A DNA stretch of 64,000 nt, taken from assembly GCA_963764165.1 (NCBI GenBank), contig CAVXRD010000002.1:3072001-3136000 (forward strand). The letters are read 5' to 3'. The position numbers and the translations under genes were made by a program. This document shows, one piece after another, positions 39,049-48,559 of the stretch. Source of the DNA: an uncultured Verrucomicrobiae bacterium. GTDB lineage: Bacteria > Verrucomicrobiota > Verrucomicrobiia > Limisphaerales > Palsa-1400. The notes under the pieces are model-generated. The model was not told the origin of the DNA. It saw only the letters and a program-made list of their open reading frames with translations, and made no database searches. Position 1 is the stretch's first letter; every line of letters begins with the position of its first letter.

Positions 39049-40911
39049 TTATGCCACCGAACTGACCAGCGGCGGTTTCAGCGTCTTGTCCTGCGGATGC
39101 GTTCCAACATCACCCTTGTAGGAAGTGTCGCGGCTGAACGTCAGGCTCGCCACGCGAGTCTCGACCCCGTCGGCGGAATGCGCGGCGGCGGGCAGGGAAT
39201 AATTTCCGTCCGGCAGCGCGAATCGGAAACTGAACGAACCGTCCGGGCGCAATTTGATCGGGCGATCGCCGATGGTGACTTTCGCGTCCGGCTCGGTCGC
39301 GCCGTAGATGATCAATTCCGCGTTCACCATGAACCAGAAACCGCGCTTCTTTTCCGCCGCGCCGCCAAACGGGCTGGAGACGCTCGACTCCGCGCCAAAT
39401 TGCGAACTCGGCAAGCTGAATTTCGCCGCGCCCATCGAGGAAATATTTTCCAATAGCTGGCGGCGAATCAATTCCGTGATCTCGAGCGAACCGATCCAAA
39501 TGCGGCGCACCTGATCGATGGAAATGACTTCGGCCAGCGCCTTTTCCTGGGCGGGCGTCCATTCGGCAGCATGAACGGCTTCCGGCGTCGGAAGACTGCG
39601 ATAACCTTGCGTGCGCATCTGCTGCATCGCTTCCACCAGCGGCGTGTGTTCGCGAACGGCTCCTTTAACGAGAGACAGCAATTCGGTAAACGGCACTTCG
39701 CCCGGGATCGTGGCAAAGCGAATGGACGTGTCATCGGAAAGGCTGTCGGGCGGGGTAAAGGTCGCCGCCGAGCGGGCCAGCGAGACCCACTTGTGGGTGG
39801 TGTCCAAGTAGCCGATTTCGCCAAGATACTTGGTGGCCACCGAAGGCACCGGCGCAAACCAGGTGCGCGATTCGGGATGCACATGAATCTGCGAAATGGG
39901 CTCGCTTTCAAACGCGCCCTTGTAAATCCGGAGAATCAAATGCCCGTCCGCCGAGAGTCCGTTATACATCTTGAGCTGTTCCCGGCTGAAATCCCAATGC
40001 GCATAAAGCCAATGCGGGTCGCGCGCTGTCAAAAATAATTTCTGCGTGCCGTAGGATTCCGGCAACTCTGCCGCGGCAGCCGGCGCGGCTGTGCCGGGTG
40101 CGGACGGAGGCGTCGGCCCAAGCGCATAGCGCTGTCCGGGACCGCTTGCACTGGGCGCGGCGGGCGCATCTCCTTCCAGGAGAATCGGCGGAATCTTCAA
40201 CTTAGTGACACGGGAAGTCTTTTTGGCTTTCGCCTGCGTGGCCGCTGGAGCTGCCGGGGCCGCAGGAGTTGCAGGAGCTGTGGCAACGGAAGTTGGCGCC
40301 GGAGTTGGAGCTGGCTTTTTGGCGGGCGTGGGCGTCGGCTCGGGCTTGGGAGCGGAGACAGATGCCGGGGCTGGAGCAGACGCCTTGGATTTGGCGGCTG
40401 CTGGCGCTGGAGTCGGGGCCGGGACTGGCTTCTTAGCGGGCGCGGGCGCGGGCTCAGGCTTCGCAGCAGGCGCTGGTGCCGGTACTGCTGGTGCCTTGGG
40501 CTTGGCGGCCACTGGAACTGCAGCCGGGGCCGGGGCCGGCGCGGGCTTCTTAGCGGGCACCGGAGCAGGCGCAGATTTGGGAGCAGGCGCCGGGGCCGGA
40601 GCTGCCGTTTTGGACTTGGCGACGGCGGGAATTGGAGCCGGAGCGGGAGCAGGGGCCTTGGATTTCGCGGTCGCTGGCGCGGGAACCGGAGCTGAGGCAG
40701 GCGCAGGGGCAGCGGGTTTCTTGGCTGGAGTTGGAGAAGGTGCCGGAGCAGCGGGTTTTTTCGCAGGCTCGGGGGCTTTTGCCTTCGCAGCGGAAGCTGC
40801 TGGAACTACAGGCGCAGCTGGTGTGGTGGCTTTGGAAACGGTTGCAGTTTTCGCGGGCTTTGCCGGCTCGGCGGCAGCTTTGCGCGATCCTTTTTTGTCT
40901 TTCTTGCTCAT
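39049..40911 (-). CDS. DUF4912 family protein with long Pro/Ala/Lys-rich N-terminal region
   Basis: ELPESYG...ARDPHWLYAHWD and FWFMVNAELIIYGATEPDA...DGSFSFRFALPDG; upstream of a GH57 gene, the usual context for this family. Confidence 0.88.
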   Translation of the reverse strand: MSKKDKKGSRKAAAEPAKPAKTATVSKATTPAAPVVPAASAAKAKAPEPAKKPAAPAPSPTPAKKPAAPAPASAPVPAPATAKSKAPAPAPAPIPAVAKSKTAAPAPAPAPKSAPAPVPAKKPAPAPAPAAVPVAAKPKAPAVPAPAPAAKPEPAPAPAKKPVPAPTPAPAAAKSKASAPAPASVSAPKPEPTPTPAKKPAPTPAPTSVATAPATPAAPAAPAATQAKAKKTSRVTKLKIPPILLEGDAPAAPSASGPGQRYALGPTPPSAPGTAAPAAAAELPESYGTQKLFLTARDPHWLYAHWDFSREQLKMYNGLSADGHLILRIYKGAFESEPISQIHVHPESRTWFAPVPSVATKYLGEIGYLDTTHKWVSLARSAATFTPPDSLSDDTSIRFATIPGEVPFTELLSLVKGAVREHTPLVEAMQQMRTQGYRSLPTPEAVHAAEWTPAQEKALAEVISIDQVRRIWIGSLEITELIRRQLLENISSMGAAKFSLPSSQFGAESSVSSPFGGAAEKKRGFWFMVNAELIIYGATEPDAKVTIGDRPIKLRPDGSFSFRFALPDGNYSLPAAAHSADGVETRVASLTFSRDTSYKGDVGTHPQDKTLKPPLVSSVA

Positions 40912-41246
40912 AGCTAAACGTCCGAAGAACCAAGTGAAAATCAATCTGCCGGTTCACTATGGACGACCCGCCAGCCCCGCGCAAATGGAAAATTCCTCCT
41001 TGAAAATCAACGTGCCAACTGGCACGCGAATCCAATATCAAATCAAGCAATCTCGTCGCCGGGGATGATTGCGTCGTCGCGCAAGAATGCGGGGACCGGC
41101 CTGCTGACTCCTGCGCCACATCTGTTCGCATCGGAATGCGCATTAGGGCTGCGGAAACTTGCATAACGAACTTCTTTCGGCCATCCGATCACATCTATTC
41201 TGCCAAACCGTCACCGCCCACTTGACAGGCAAATTAGAATTTGACC

Positions 41247-41795
41247 ATGACTAGTTGCCCTTGCCAGCATTGCAATTCCGAACTTGAAATTGATGACCAA
41301 TTCATGGGGCAGACCGCAACCTGTCCATCGTGCGGGGCGGAAACTCGATTGGTCCCGGTCATTCGGGTTTCATTGCCAAAACCGGAGCCATCGCCCGCTG
41401 AGTCCGAGCCTGTCATTCTGAGAAGTAAAAACGTGGTCGTTACTAAGTCCCGATTTATCGTTGGTTCGAAGACTTTTTCCGTGCGCGGCATTACATCGGT
41501 TCAAGCGGTGGAAATCCCGGCGAGTTACTCCGGCCAAATTGTGGTCATTATTTTTGGAATTGTCATGGGACTGGCTGCCTTTGCAAACGATTTGCGCGGA
41601 GCCGGAGCTGTTTTGCTGGTTATCGCGCTGATGCTCTTGATCACCGGCGTCACATTGCTCTTCACAGTTAAGCCCAAATACCAGGTAGTAATTACCACAT
41701 CGAGCGGCGAGATTACTGCCTACGAGAGCCGGGACGACCAGGACATTTCAAGTGTCGTGCATGCCGTCAATGAAGCCATTGTCGCTTTGGGATGA
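41247..41795 (+). CDS. Zinc-ribbon + DUF6232-like two-TM protein
   Basis: CQHC...CPSC; VTKSRFIVGSKTFSVRGITSV; two TMs; VVHAVNEAI. Confidence 0.7.
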   Translation: MTSCPCQHCNSELEIDDQFMGQTATCPSCGAETRLVPVIRVSLPKPEPSPAESEPVILRSKNVVVTKSRFIVGSKTFSVRGITSVQAVEIPASYSGQIVVIIFGIVMGLAAFANDLRGAGAVLLVIALMLLITGVTLLFTVKPKYQVVITTSSGEITAYESRDDQDISSVVHAVNEAIVALG

Positions 41796-42096
41796 GAAAA
41801 CCTGTGCTCAACCGGAAGTAACCATGGAGGCGGTTTTCCGAGATTATGCACATTCAATGCTTCGCCCAAATTCAAGCCACGCTTGCTCTCTCCAAGCAAG
41901 CGTCCTGGCAACGGCTGGCGTGGAAATTCTCACCCACTGAAGAAAGTTCGAGGAGCCGGCAATTTCTCTGCATTCTCGGGGCCTTGGCCTTTTGCAGTTG
42001 AAATTCCCCTGTTTCATTTTCCTACATTGGAACAAAGGCATTTCAACGCAAGGGCGCAGGGGCGCAATCTGAGACGGATTCTTGTCCCGTCCGGAT

Positions 42097-42185
42097 GAAA
42101 TGTAGCAGTCCTGTTGCACTAATCTTGCGCTCTATCTCATTGATAATCAACAATGTAGAGGATGTGTCGGTATTTTTGAGGTCAC
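42097..42185 (+). repeat. Dispersed repeat family R3 (phased TGTTRC + TTGATAATCAA palindrome)
   Basis: TGTAGC/TGTTGC/TCTTGC at 42101, 42112 and 42123, then TATCTCATTGATAATCAAC. Other copies at 42964-43066, 42813-43246 (split by a MITE) and 15058-15120 (degenerate). Confidence 0.7.
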
Positions 42186-42249
42186 GCATTCAATGCTTTA
42201 GCATATTGGTTGTGTGGTTTATTGGGTGGGAAGTTGTTAAGTAGACAAG

Positions 42250-42330
42250 ATGACGAGCAATGAATTGATCCGCTGTTACCTGTCCGAACGCTCCGAGACG
42301 GCTTTCGCCGAATTGGTCCGGCAGCACGTC
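42250..42330 (+). pseudogene. N-terminal fragment of an ECF sigma-70 factor
   Basis: MTSNELIRCYLSERSETAFAELVRQHV matches the usual start of these sigma factors; similarity is lost afterwards and the frame stops at 42459. Confidence 0.65.
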
Positions 42331-42854
42331 CTCGCGCCAGCGACAGACGGTGGCATGGCCAGGCTGTTTTGCCAGGCCGAGCTGCCGCTGGTCATTGCCG
42401 AAAATTCAAGTGACGGCGTGGTGGACGTCGGTGAAGTCATGCTTCGACCGACTCCGTAGCATCGGGGGTATCTGCGAGACACCGGGGAAGGACACGCGTC
42501 ACGCCCTGATATACCACATAAGGGTGTAATTGCACTCTTAATTGACAAACAAGGCTTCAGCCTTATGCTCCTGCTTGCCGCCATCAGGGCATGTTCTTTG
42601 AAATTTTGCGAATGCCTGCGCCCGGGGAGCAGTTGGCTTGTTAACGGACTCCCCGGCACGGGATATAACTAAGCCGTATTCGGGCATTGCACCCTATTGC
42701 ACCCTTGGCTTTTCACGACAAGGATCTTCAGGGAAAAGAACGTGCGCCCAGAGGCGATGAGTGCGCAGAAGGGCACAAAGCCAAAAAAACTATGGATAGA
42801 AAGCGGACTGGCAAAATGTTACCATGTGTTACCGGTCTGTTACCATTTTTGTTA

Positions 42855-43173
42855 GGTTCCTCGCTGTTTTCAATGGAACAAATGATGGTGCAGGCATCTT
42901 GATGAAAATTTTCAGGGAACGACGGAAAGAGGCCGCGTTTCATGCAACCCGACAGCGCGGGAAGAAATGTTGCGGGTTTGTTGCGGGTTTGTTGCTCTTT
43001 TTGTTGCCCCTTATCTCGTTGATGGTCAACCGTGTAGCGGGTGTTGCCCCTTTTTCGAGATCACACATTATACCGAGCTTTCGCCAAGCCAGTGCCAAGC
43101 CTGGATTCCAAATGGGTTGTCCCGCAGCGACGGCTAACGAGTTGTCTCATTCCACCGAAAATGGCGAGGAACC
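42855..43173. mobile_element. ISL3-type MITE (319 bp) with 7/8 target-site duplication
   Basis: Ends GGTTCCTCGCTGTTTTCAATGGAA / TTCCACCGAAAATGGCGAGGAACC; flanks TTTTGTTA and ATTTGTTA. Confidence 0.8.
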
Positions 43174-43264
43174 ATTTGTTACCAATTATCTCGTTGATAA
43201 TCAACGATGTAACCAATGTTACTGATTTTCCGAGATTATATATATATTCGATGCTTTCCTCAGC

Positions 43265-43939
43265 CTAATTCGGATTCTGCCGGTCATTCCAAAGGACGGC
43301 TTCGCGCAAAAGTTCGACGGCGTTCTTGAGATGCAATTTCCGTTTGATGCGCGCGCAGAAAGCCTGCACGGTGCCGAGAGTCACGCCGAGTTCTTCGCCG
43401 ACCCGCTGGGTGGTGTAGCCGCGTCCCAGCAATTGAAACACCTCCAACTCGCGCCCACTCAAGGAAGCCAGGGGTGAGGCGGCCGGGGCCAGGCCGCCCT
43501 CGACCAGCTTTTCCGCCAGCAAGGCCGTCGCGCGCTCGCTCAGGTAGCGTTCGCCCCGGAGGACGCAGCGAATGGCTTCGAGAATTTTGGAAGTCACGTC
43601 GCGCTTCATCACGTAACCCCTCGCCCCGGCGCGCAAGGCCCGTTCCGCATAAAGCGATTCCTCGTGCATGGACAAGACAATGGCGCGGACGCCGGGAAAT
43701 TGCGATTTGAGCTGCGAAATCAAATCGAGCCCCGATGCGCCCTCAAGAGAAATGTCAACCACCGCCACGTCCGGCTTGGCCGCGCCAATTTTTTCCATGG
43801 CTTGCCCAACGTTTGAGGCGTCGCCGGCGATCATCAAATCAGCCTGCTGATTGATCAACTGGCTGAGCCATTCCCGAACGAGGGGATGGTCATCCACTAT
43901 AAATACGCCGCGTTTTTCGCTTGATTCTTGATTTTCCAT
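43265..43939 (-). CDS. NarL/LuxR family response regulator
   Basis: VFIVDDHPLVR, PDVAVVDISL, LSMH, GARGYVMK, LSGRELEVF. Confidence 0.93.
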   Translation of the reverse strand: MENQESSEKRGVFIVDDHPLVREWLSQLINQQADLMIAGDASNVGQAMEKIGAAKPDVAVVDISLEGASGLDLISQLKSQFPGVRAIVLSMHEESLYAERALRAGARGYVMKRDVTSKILEAIRCVLRGERYLSERATALLAEKLVEGGLAPAASPLASLSGRELEVFQLLGRGYTTQRVGEELGVTLGTVQAFCARIKRKLHLKNAVELLREAVLWNDRQNPN

Positions 43940-44122
43940 GTCAGTTGCCAGCTGGCTCGGGCGCTTGGATTCCTCCACTTGATGCGGCTCCGGGCTTTCA
44001 ATTGTCAAGTGGCTGGCTTCAAACGCACAACCCCGACTGCGCATAATATTACCAACCGGGCAACTGGGTGTCTGTAGGACGTGGCCTAATAATCGCACAA
44101 GGCGAAATCGTACGCCAGTGTA

Positions 44123-45307
44123 CTACTTCTTTAAGATCTTCTCGAAAACTACGGTTTCCTCTATCTCGATCCTGCCGGTTTCCGCGCGGTCGGCCTGCGG
44201 CGGAGGCGGAGTTTCGGCGGGATGTGCAGCGGGCGCCGTGGAAGGCATCACTCTGGGCAGCGACGCTTTGGAAGGCGGCGCGATTTCTTCATCCGGCTCG
44301 TTTTGCAAATCCGGCATCTGAAAGCCGGTCCGTTTCTCAAGCCAGGAACGGTAGCGCTGGAAAGTCCACATGCCGTATTCGGCGCCGGTTTCGATGGAGG
44401 AAATGATTTTGAAAAATTCGCGGTTGCGGATGAAATTCTTGATCGGCAGCGTCGCCTTCAGCACTTCGCATTCCGGCACGCAGATGTTCATTCCAGCCCG
44501 GAACTGGAGGCGCTGGGAAATCACGCCAATCAAGCAGTCCGCCAGTTGGGCCGCGACATTGCTTTGGATCTCCGCCGGGAATGCGCCGACCACTCGCTGC
44601 AGCGCCTCCGCGCAATTGGCCGAATGCACCGTCGCCAAGACCAGGTGCCCCGTTTCCGCCGCGCTGAGTGTCAAACGCATGGTCTCCGGCTCGCGCATTT
44701 CGCCGACCATGAGCACGTCCGGATCTTCGCGCAAGCTATCCAGCAGCGCCTGCTCGAAACTCGGCGTGTCGCGCCCGACTTCGCGCTGGCGGATGAACGA
44801 ACGTTGCGGGCGAAACGTGTATTCGATGGGATTCTCGATGGTGACGATGTGCTTGGCTTCGGTTGCGTTGATCGTTTGAATCAAACCCGCCATCGTGGTG
44901 GATTTGCCGCAGCCGGTTGGCCCGCTGACCAGGATCATTCCGTGCTGGTGCTGCACCAATTGCTTCAAGTCGGGATTAAGATTCAGCGACTCGATTGTCG
45001 GCGTAAAGGGCGGGAGCAGCCGGATGGCAAAGCCGACGCCGCGCGCCGTGTGCAAAACGTTAATGCGGCAGCGAACGCGCTCGATGGATTTCGAAAGATC
45101 GAACGACCGGCGTGTTTGAAAAAAGGCCCATTCGTCCGGCGGGATGATGTCGCGCGCCCAATCCAGCGAAAGCCCCGGGCTGACCGGCTCGCCGATGGAA
45201 CGCAACTGTCCTCTCACCCGCAGCATCGGCGCAAGTCCGGGTTCGATGTGCAAATCACTGGCGTTCTCCGCCTTGGCCGCCGCGATGAGTGAGCGAAGGG
45301 TTGTCAT
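44123..45307 (-). CDS. pilT: PilT/PilU family type IV pilus ATPase
   Basis: [54 protein letters not shown]. Confidence 0.9.
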   Translation of the reverse strand: MTTLRSLIAAAKAENASDLHIEPGLAPMLRVRGQLRSIGEPVSPGLSLDWARDIIPPDEWAFFQTRRSFDLSKSIERVRCRINVLHTARGVGFAIRLLPPFTPTIESLNLNPDLKQLVQHQHGMILVSGPTGCGKSTTMAGLIQTINATEAKHIVTIENPIEYTFRPQRSFIRQREVGRDTPSFEQALLDSLREDPDVLMVGEMREPETMRLTLSAAETGHLVLATVHSANCAEALQRVVGAFPAEIQSNVAAQLADCLIGVISQRLQFRAGMNICVPECEVLKATLPIKNFIRNREFFKIISSIETGAEYGMWTFQRYRSWLEKRTGFQMPDLQNEPDEEIAPPSKASLPRVMPSTAPAAHPAETPPPPQADRAETGRIEIEETVVFEKILKK

Positions 45308-46350
45308 GCCGAAAGTTGCTGGTAGCCCCAGCGCAGCATTCGTTCCGTCATTTCCCACCCGACACAGCCGTCGGTGATCGACAAGCCGTAGCGCAGTTCG
45401 TCCGCCTTTTTCGGAAACGGCTGCGCGCCTTCCTCAAGATAACTTTCCACCATCAGGCCAATCAACGACTTCGTGCCCCGCGAGCGCTGCTCGATGACGC
45501 TGTGCCAGACATCTTCCTGGCGAGTCGCCTGTTTGCCGGAATTGGCATGGCTGCAATCCACCATCAACACGCGCGGCAACCCATGTTCCGCCAAAGTGTC
45601 TTCGGCCGTCTGGATGCTGGTGGCGTCGTAATTCGTGCGCAAACGGCCGCCGCGCAAAACGACGTGCCCGACAGGATTTCCCGTCGTGCGAATAATGCTG
45701 GTGACGCCGTCCTGGTCGACACCAATAAAACTGTGGGCGTGCTTGGCCGCGCCCATCGCATCAATCGCGATTTGCAGGCTGCCATCCGTGCCATTTTTGA
45801 AACCGACCGGCATGGAGAGTCCGCTGGCCATTTCGCGGTGCGTTTGCGATTCGGTCGTCCGCGCGCCGATGGCGGCCCAACTCACCAGTTCCGCAATATA
45901 CTGCGGGATAATCGGGTCCAGAAATTCCGTCGCGGCGGGGATGCCCATTTCCGCGATATCGAGCAAGAGCTTTCGGGCGATGCGCAGCCCGGTTTCGATG
46001 TCATGCGAATTGTCCAGATGCGGATCATTGATCAGCCCCTTCCAGCCGATGGTGGTGCGGGGCTTCTCGAAGTAAACGCGCATGATGATTTCCATACGAT
46101 CATGGAATTCAACCCGCAATTTGCTCAAACGTTGCGCGTAATCGAGTGCGCCTTTGACATCGTGAATTGAGCAAGGCCCTACCACGACCAAAAGGCGCGG
46201 ATCCTTTTGGGAGAGAATATTAAAAATGGCTTCGCGGCCGCGCACGACGGTGGCATTGGCCTTTTCGGTTTCGGGCAGCGCCTTTTTCAAGGCAAGCGGC
46301 GTCGAAAGCCGGACAATTTCATGAACATTTAGATCCTGCGTCCGTAACAT
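45304..46350 (-). CDS. 3-deoxy-7-phosphoheptulonate (DAHP) synthase, class I-alpha
   Basis: [49 protein letters not shown]. Confidence 0.96.
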   Translation of the reverse strand: MLRTQDLNVHEIVRLSTPLALKKALPETEKANATVVRGREAIFNILSQKDPRLLVVVGPCSIHDVKGALDYAQRLSKLRVEFHDRMEIIMRVYFEKPRTTIGWKGLINDPHLDNSHDIETGLRIARKLLLDIAEMGIPAATEFLDPIIPQYIAELVSWAAIGARTTESQTHREMASGLSMPVGFKNGTDGSLQIAIDAMGAAKHAHSFIGVDQDGVTSIIRTTGNPVGHVVLRGGRLRTNYDATSIQTAEDTLAEHGLPRVLMVDCSHANSGKQATRQEDVWHSVIEQRSRGTKSLIGLMVESYLEEGAQPFPKKADELRYGLSITDGCVGWEMTERMLRWGYQQLSA

Positions 46351-46484
46351 CAGGCGGCCAGTATACGCCGGGAAGCCCGCAACAAAAGCGCGAAAGAGGA
46401 AGCGTCCGGCAAGTGTCTCATGGGAGGAATGGGACTTAACCCAGACTTCCCATTCCTCTCCTCATTCCCATTTCACTAAGCCTC

Positions 46485-46512
46485 TTGACATGCAACCAAA
46501 AGGTTGCATAAT
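46485..46512 (+). promoter_or_regulatory. Promoter with ArsR-type palindromic operator
   Basis: TTGACA-N16-CATAAT containing ATGCAACC-AAAA-GGTTGCAT (46490-46509). Confidence 0.85.
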
Positions 46513-46523
46513 GGAAACCGAAA

Positions 46524-46847
46524 ATGGATGCAGTGTTCAAGGCGCTGGCGGATGAAAGCCGCCGCACGTTGCTGGACGAATTGTTCAAGAACAATGGGCA
46601 GACGCTGACGCAGTTGTGCCAGCACCTTGAAATGTCGCGCCAGGCGGTCACGAAACACCTGGGCTTGCTTGAGAAGGCGAACCTCGTGGCCACGGTTTGG
46701 CACGGGCGCGAGAAGCTGCATTATCTTAATCCGGTGCCGTTGCACGAGATCTACGAGCGGTGGATTAACAAATACGAGCGCCACGGCCTCCAGGCCTTGA
46801 GCGATTTGAAAAAAGGTCTCGAAGAACAGCAGGACGAAAGGAAATAA
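46524..46847 (+). CDS. ArsR/SmtB family transcriptional regulator
   Basis: VFKALADESRRTLL, MSRQAVTKHL, GREKLHYLN. Confidence 0.93.
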   Translation: MDAVFKALADESRRTLLDELFKNNGQTLTQLCQHLEMSRQAVTKHLGLLEKANLVATVWHGREKLHYLNPVPLHEIYERWINKYERHGLQALSDLKKGLEEQQDERK

Positions 46848-46848
46848 G

Positions 46849-47310
46849 ATGACGCAAAAACCGAAATTCGTTTACGTGACTTACATTCGCACCACGCCGG
46901 AAAAACTCTGGCACGCGCTGACCGACCCCGAATCCATCCGCAAATTTTGGGTGGGCATCCGCGTTGACACCGACTGGAAGGCAGGCTCGCCGTGGCGGCT
47001 GATTTTTGCCGACGGCAGCGTGGCGGACACCGGGGAAATCCTGGAATCAGTGCCTCCTCGCAAGCTGGTGATCCGGTGGCTGAATGAGTTCCGGCCGGAA
47101 TTGAAAGCCGAAGGCTATTCCCGCTGCACGATGGATCTGGAGCCGGTGGAGACTTCTGTCAAATTAACGATTACCCATGAAATGGAGGGCGAAAGCGGCG
47201 TGAAATTTATCGAGGCAGTGTCGGGCGGCTGGCCGTTTATTCTCTCGAACCTCAAGTCATTGATCGAGACGGGAGAAATCGTGACGGGCCACAAGCCCTG
47301 CAAAGGATAA
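46849..47310 (+). CDS. SRPBCC/AHSA1 family protein
   Basis: YVTYIRTTPEKLWHALTDP...GWPFILSNLKSLIE; typical partner of this ArsR type. Confidence 0.9.
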   Translation: MTQKPKFVYVTYIRTTPEKLWHALTDPESIRKFWVGIRVDTDWKAGSPWRLIFADGSVADTGEILESVPPRKLVIRWLNEFRPELKAEGYSRCTMDLEPVETSVKLTITHEMEGESGVKFIEAVSGGWPFILSNLKSLIETGEIVTGHKPCKG

Positions 47311-47535
47311 TGCGGTGGGCTCGGACAGTGTCGCAGACCAGTCGCAGCACGCTGAACTCAAAGGCGCGCTGCGCCTGATTTTTCATCGCATTGCTCCTTC
47401 GAACACGTCCGCGCACCGCTCCACGGCGACGCGGATGCAAATCTGATTTTGTAAACTTATTTGCCCTCTTCCGTGCCGTCGGCTCCGATTTGGTTTGCTT
47501 GGATTTGAATCGCAGTTGCGCCCGATGCTTTTCCA

Positions 47536-47585
47536 AACATTGGCACGGGGGCATTGTTTGGCCTCAATGCCCCCGTGCCAATGTT
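47536..47585. repeat. Perfect 21-bp inverted repeat
   Basis: AACATTGGCACGGGGGCATTG-N8-CAATGCCCCCGTGCCAATGTT. Confidence 0.85.
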
Positions 47586-47768
47586 AATGACGAGATCGTT
47601 GTGTCTTCAAGAAAAAAGAATAGGTCATCCCGAAAGAGGCCAATCAATGCCGCCGCGTCTTGGCATCGGCGCGGCGCGGCGAGCCGAGCTGATCTGCGCC
47701 CGCGGCGCGCCTCGGCCATTTTTGAACTTTCGCCGAGCGCCGGTTTGGCACATGTTGATTCTCTGAGC

Positions 47769-48554
47769 GTGAGTGATCATTCTACATTGGTCGTCGCCGG
47801 CAGGGAGTTCCGGTCGCGGTTGCTGCTGGGGACTGGCAAGTTTTCGTCTCCGGAATTGATGCGCCAAACGCTGGAGGCCAGCGGAGCGGAAATCGTCACG
47901 GTGGCTTTGCGCCGGGCGGATTTGAGCGGCAAACGCGATCCGTTCGCCAACATTCTGGAATTCATTGATCCCGGCAAGTACCTGATTTTGCCCAACACCA
48001 GCGGCGCGATAAACGCCGCCGAAGCGGTGCGCCTCGCCCGGTTGGCGGCGGCGGCGGGTTTGCCCAAATGGATCAAGTTGGAAATCCATCCCGATCCGCG
48101 CTACCTCCTGCCGGATCCGGTCGAAACGTTGGAAGCCGCGCAGATACTCGTTCGCGAAGGCTTTGTCGTGCTTCCCTACATCAATGCCGACCCTGTGCTG
48201 GCCAAGCGATTGCAGGAGGTTGGAACAGCAACGGTGATGCCGCTGGGTTCGCCCATTGGCTCGAATCGCGGTCTGGAAACGCGCGAGCAAATCCGCATCA
48301 TCATCGAGCAAGCCACCGTGCCAGTCGTTGTCGACGCGGGCATTGGCGTCCCTAGCCATGCGGCGGAAGCGATGGAGCTTGGCGCGGACGCCGTGCTTGT
48401 CAATACTGCGATTGCCGTGGCCAGCGATCCTTGCCGGATGGCCCGCGCCTTCGCCGAAGCGGTGCATTGCGGCCGCGAGGCGTTTGAAATCGGACTCGCC
48501 CTGACCCGCCCCACCGCCGAGCCGACCAGCCCCATCACCGCTTTTTTGAATTAG
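47769..48554 (+). CDS. thiG: Thiazole synthase
   Basis: [50 protein letters not shown] start inferred. Confidence 0.95.
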   Translation: MSDHSTLVVAGREFRSRLLLGTGKFSSPELMRQTLEASGAEIVTVALRRADLSGKRDPFANILEFIDPGKYLILPNTSGAINAAEAVRLARLAAAAGLPKWIKLEIHPDPRYLLPDPVETLEAAQILVREGFVVLPYINADPVLAKRLQEVGTATVMPLGSPIGSNRGLETREQIRIIIEQATVPVVVDAGIGVPSHAAEAMELGADAVLVNTAIAVASDPCRMARAFAEAVHCGREAFEIGLALTRPTAEPTSPITAFLN

Positions 48555-48559
48555 GTTTG

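Noticed and set aside
40205..41068. 287-aa Gly/Ala-rich plus-strand ORF that looks silk- or collagen-like
   Set aside because: It is the antisense shadow of the Pro/Ala/Lys repeats of the DUF4912 gene.
42800..43250. Short periodic repeats considered as a CRISPR array
   Set aside because: Units are 6-bp cores at 10-12-bp spacing with no 25-45-bp unique spacers, and no cas genes are in the window.
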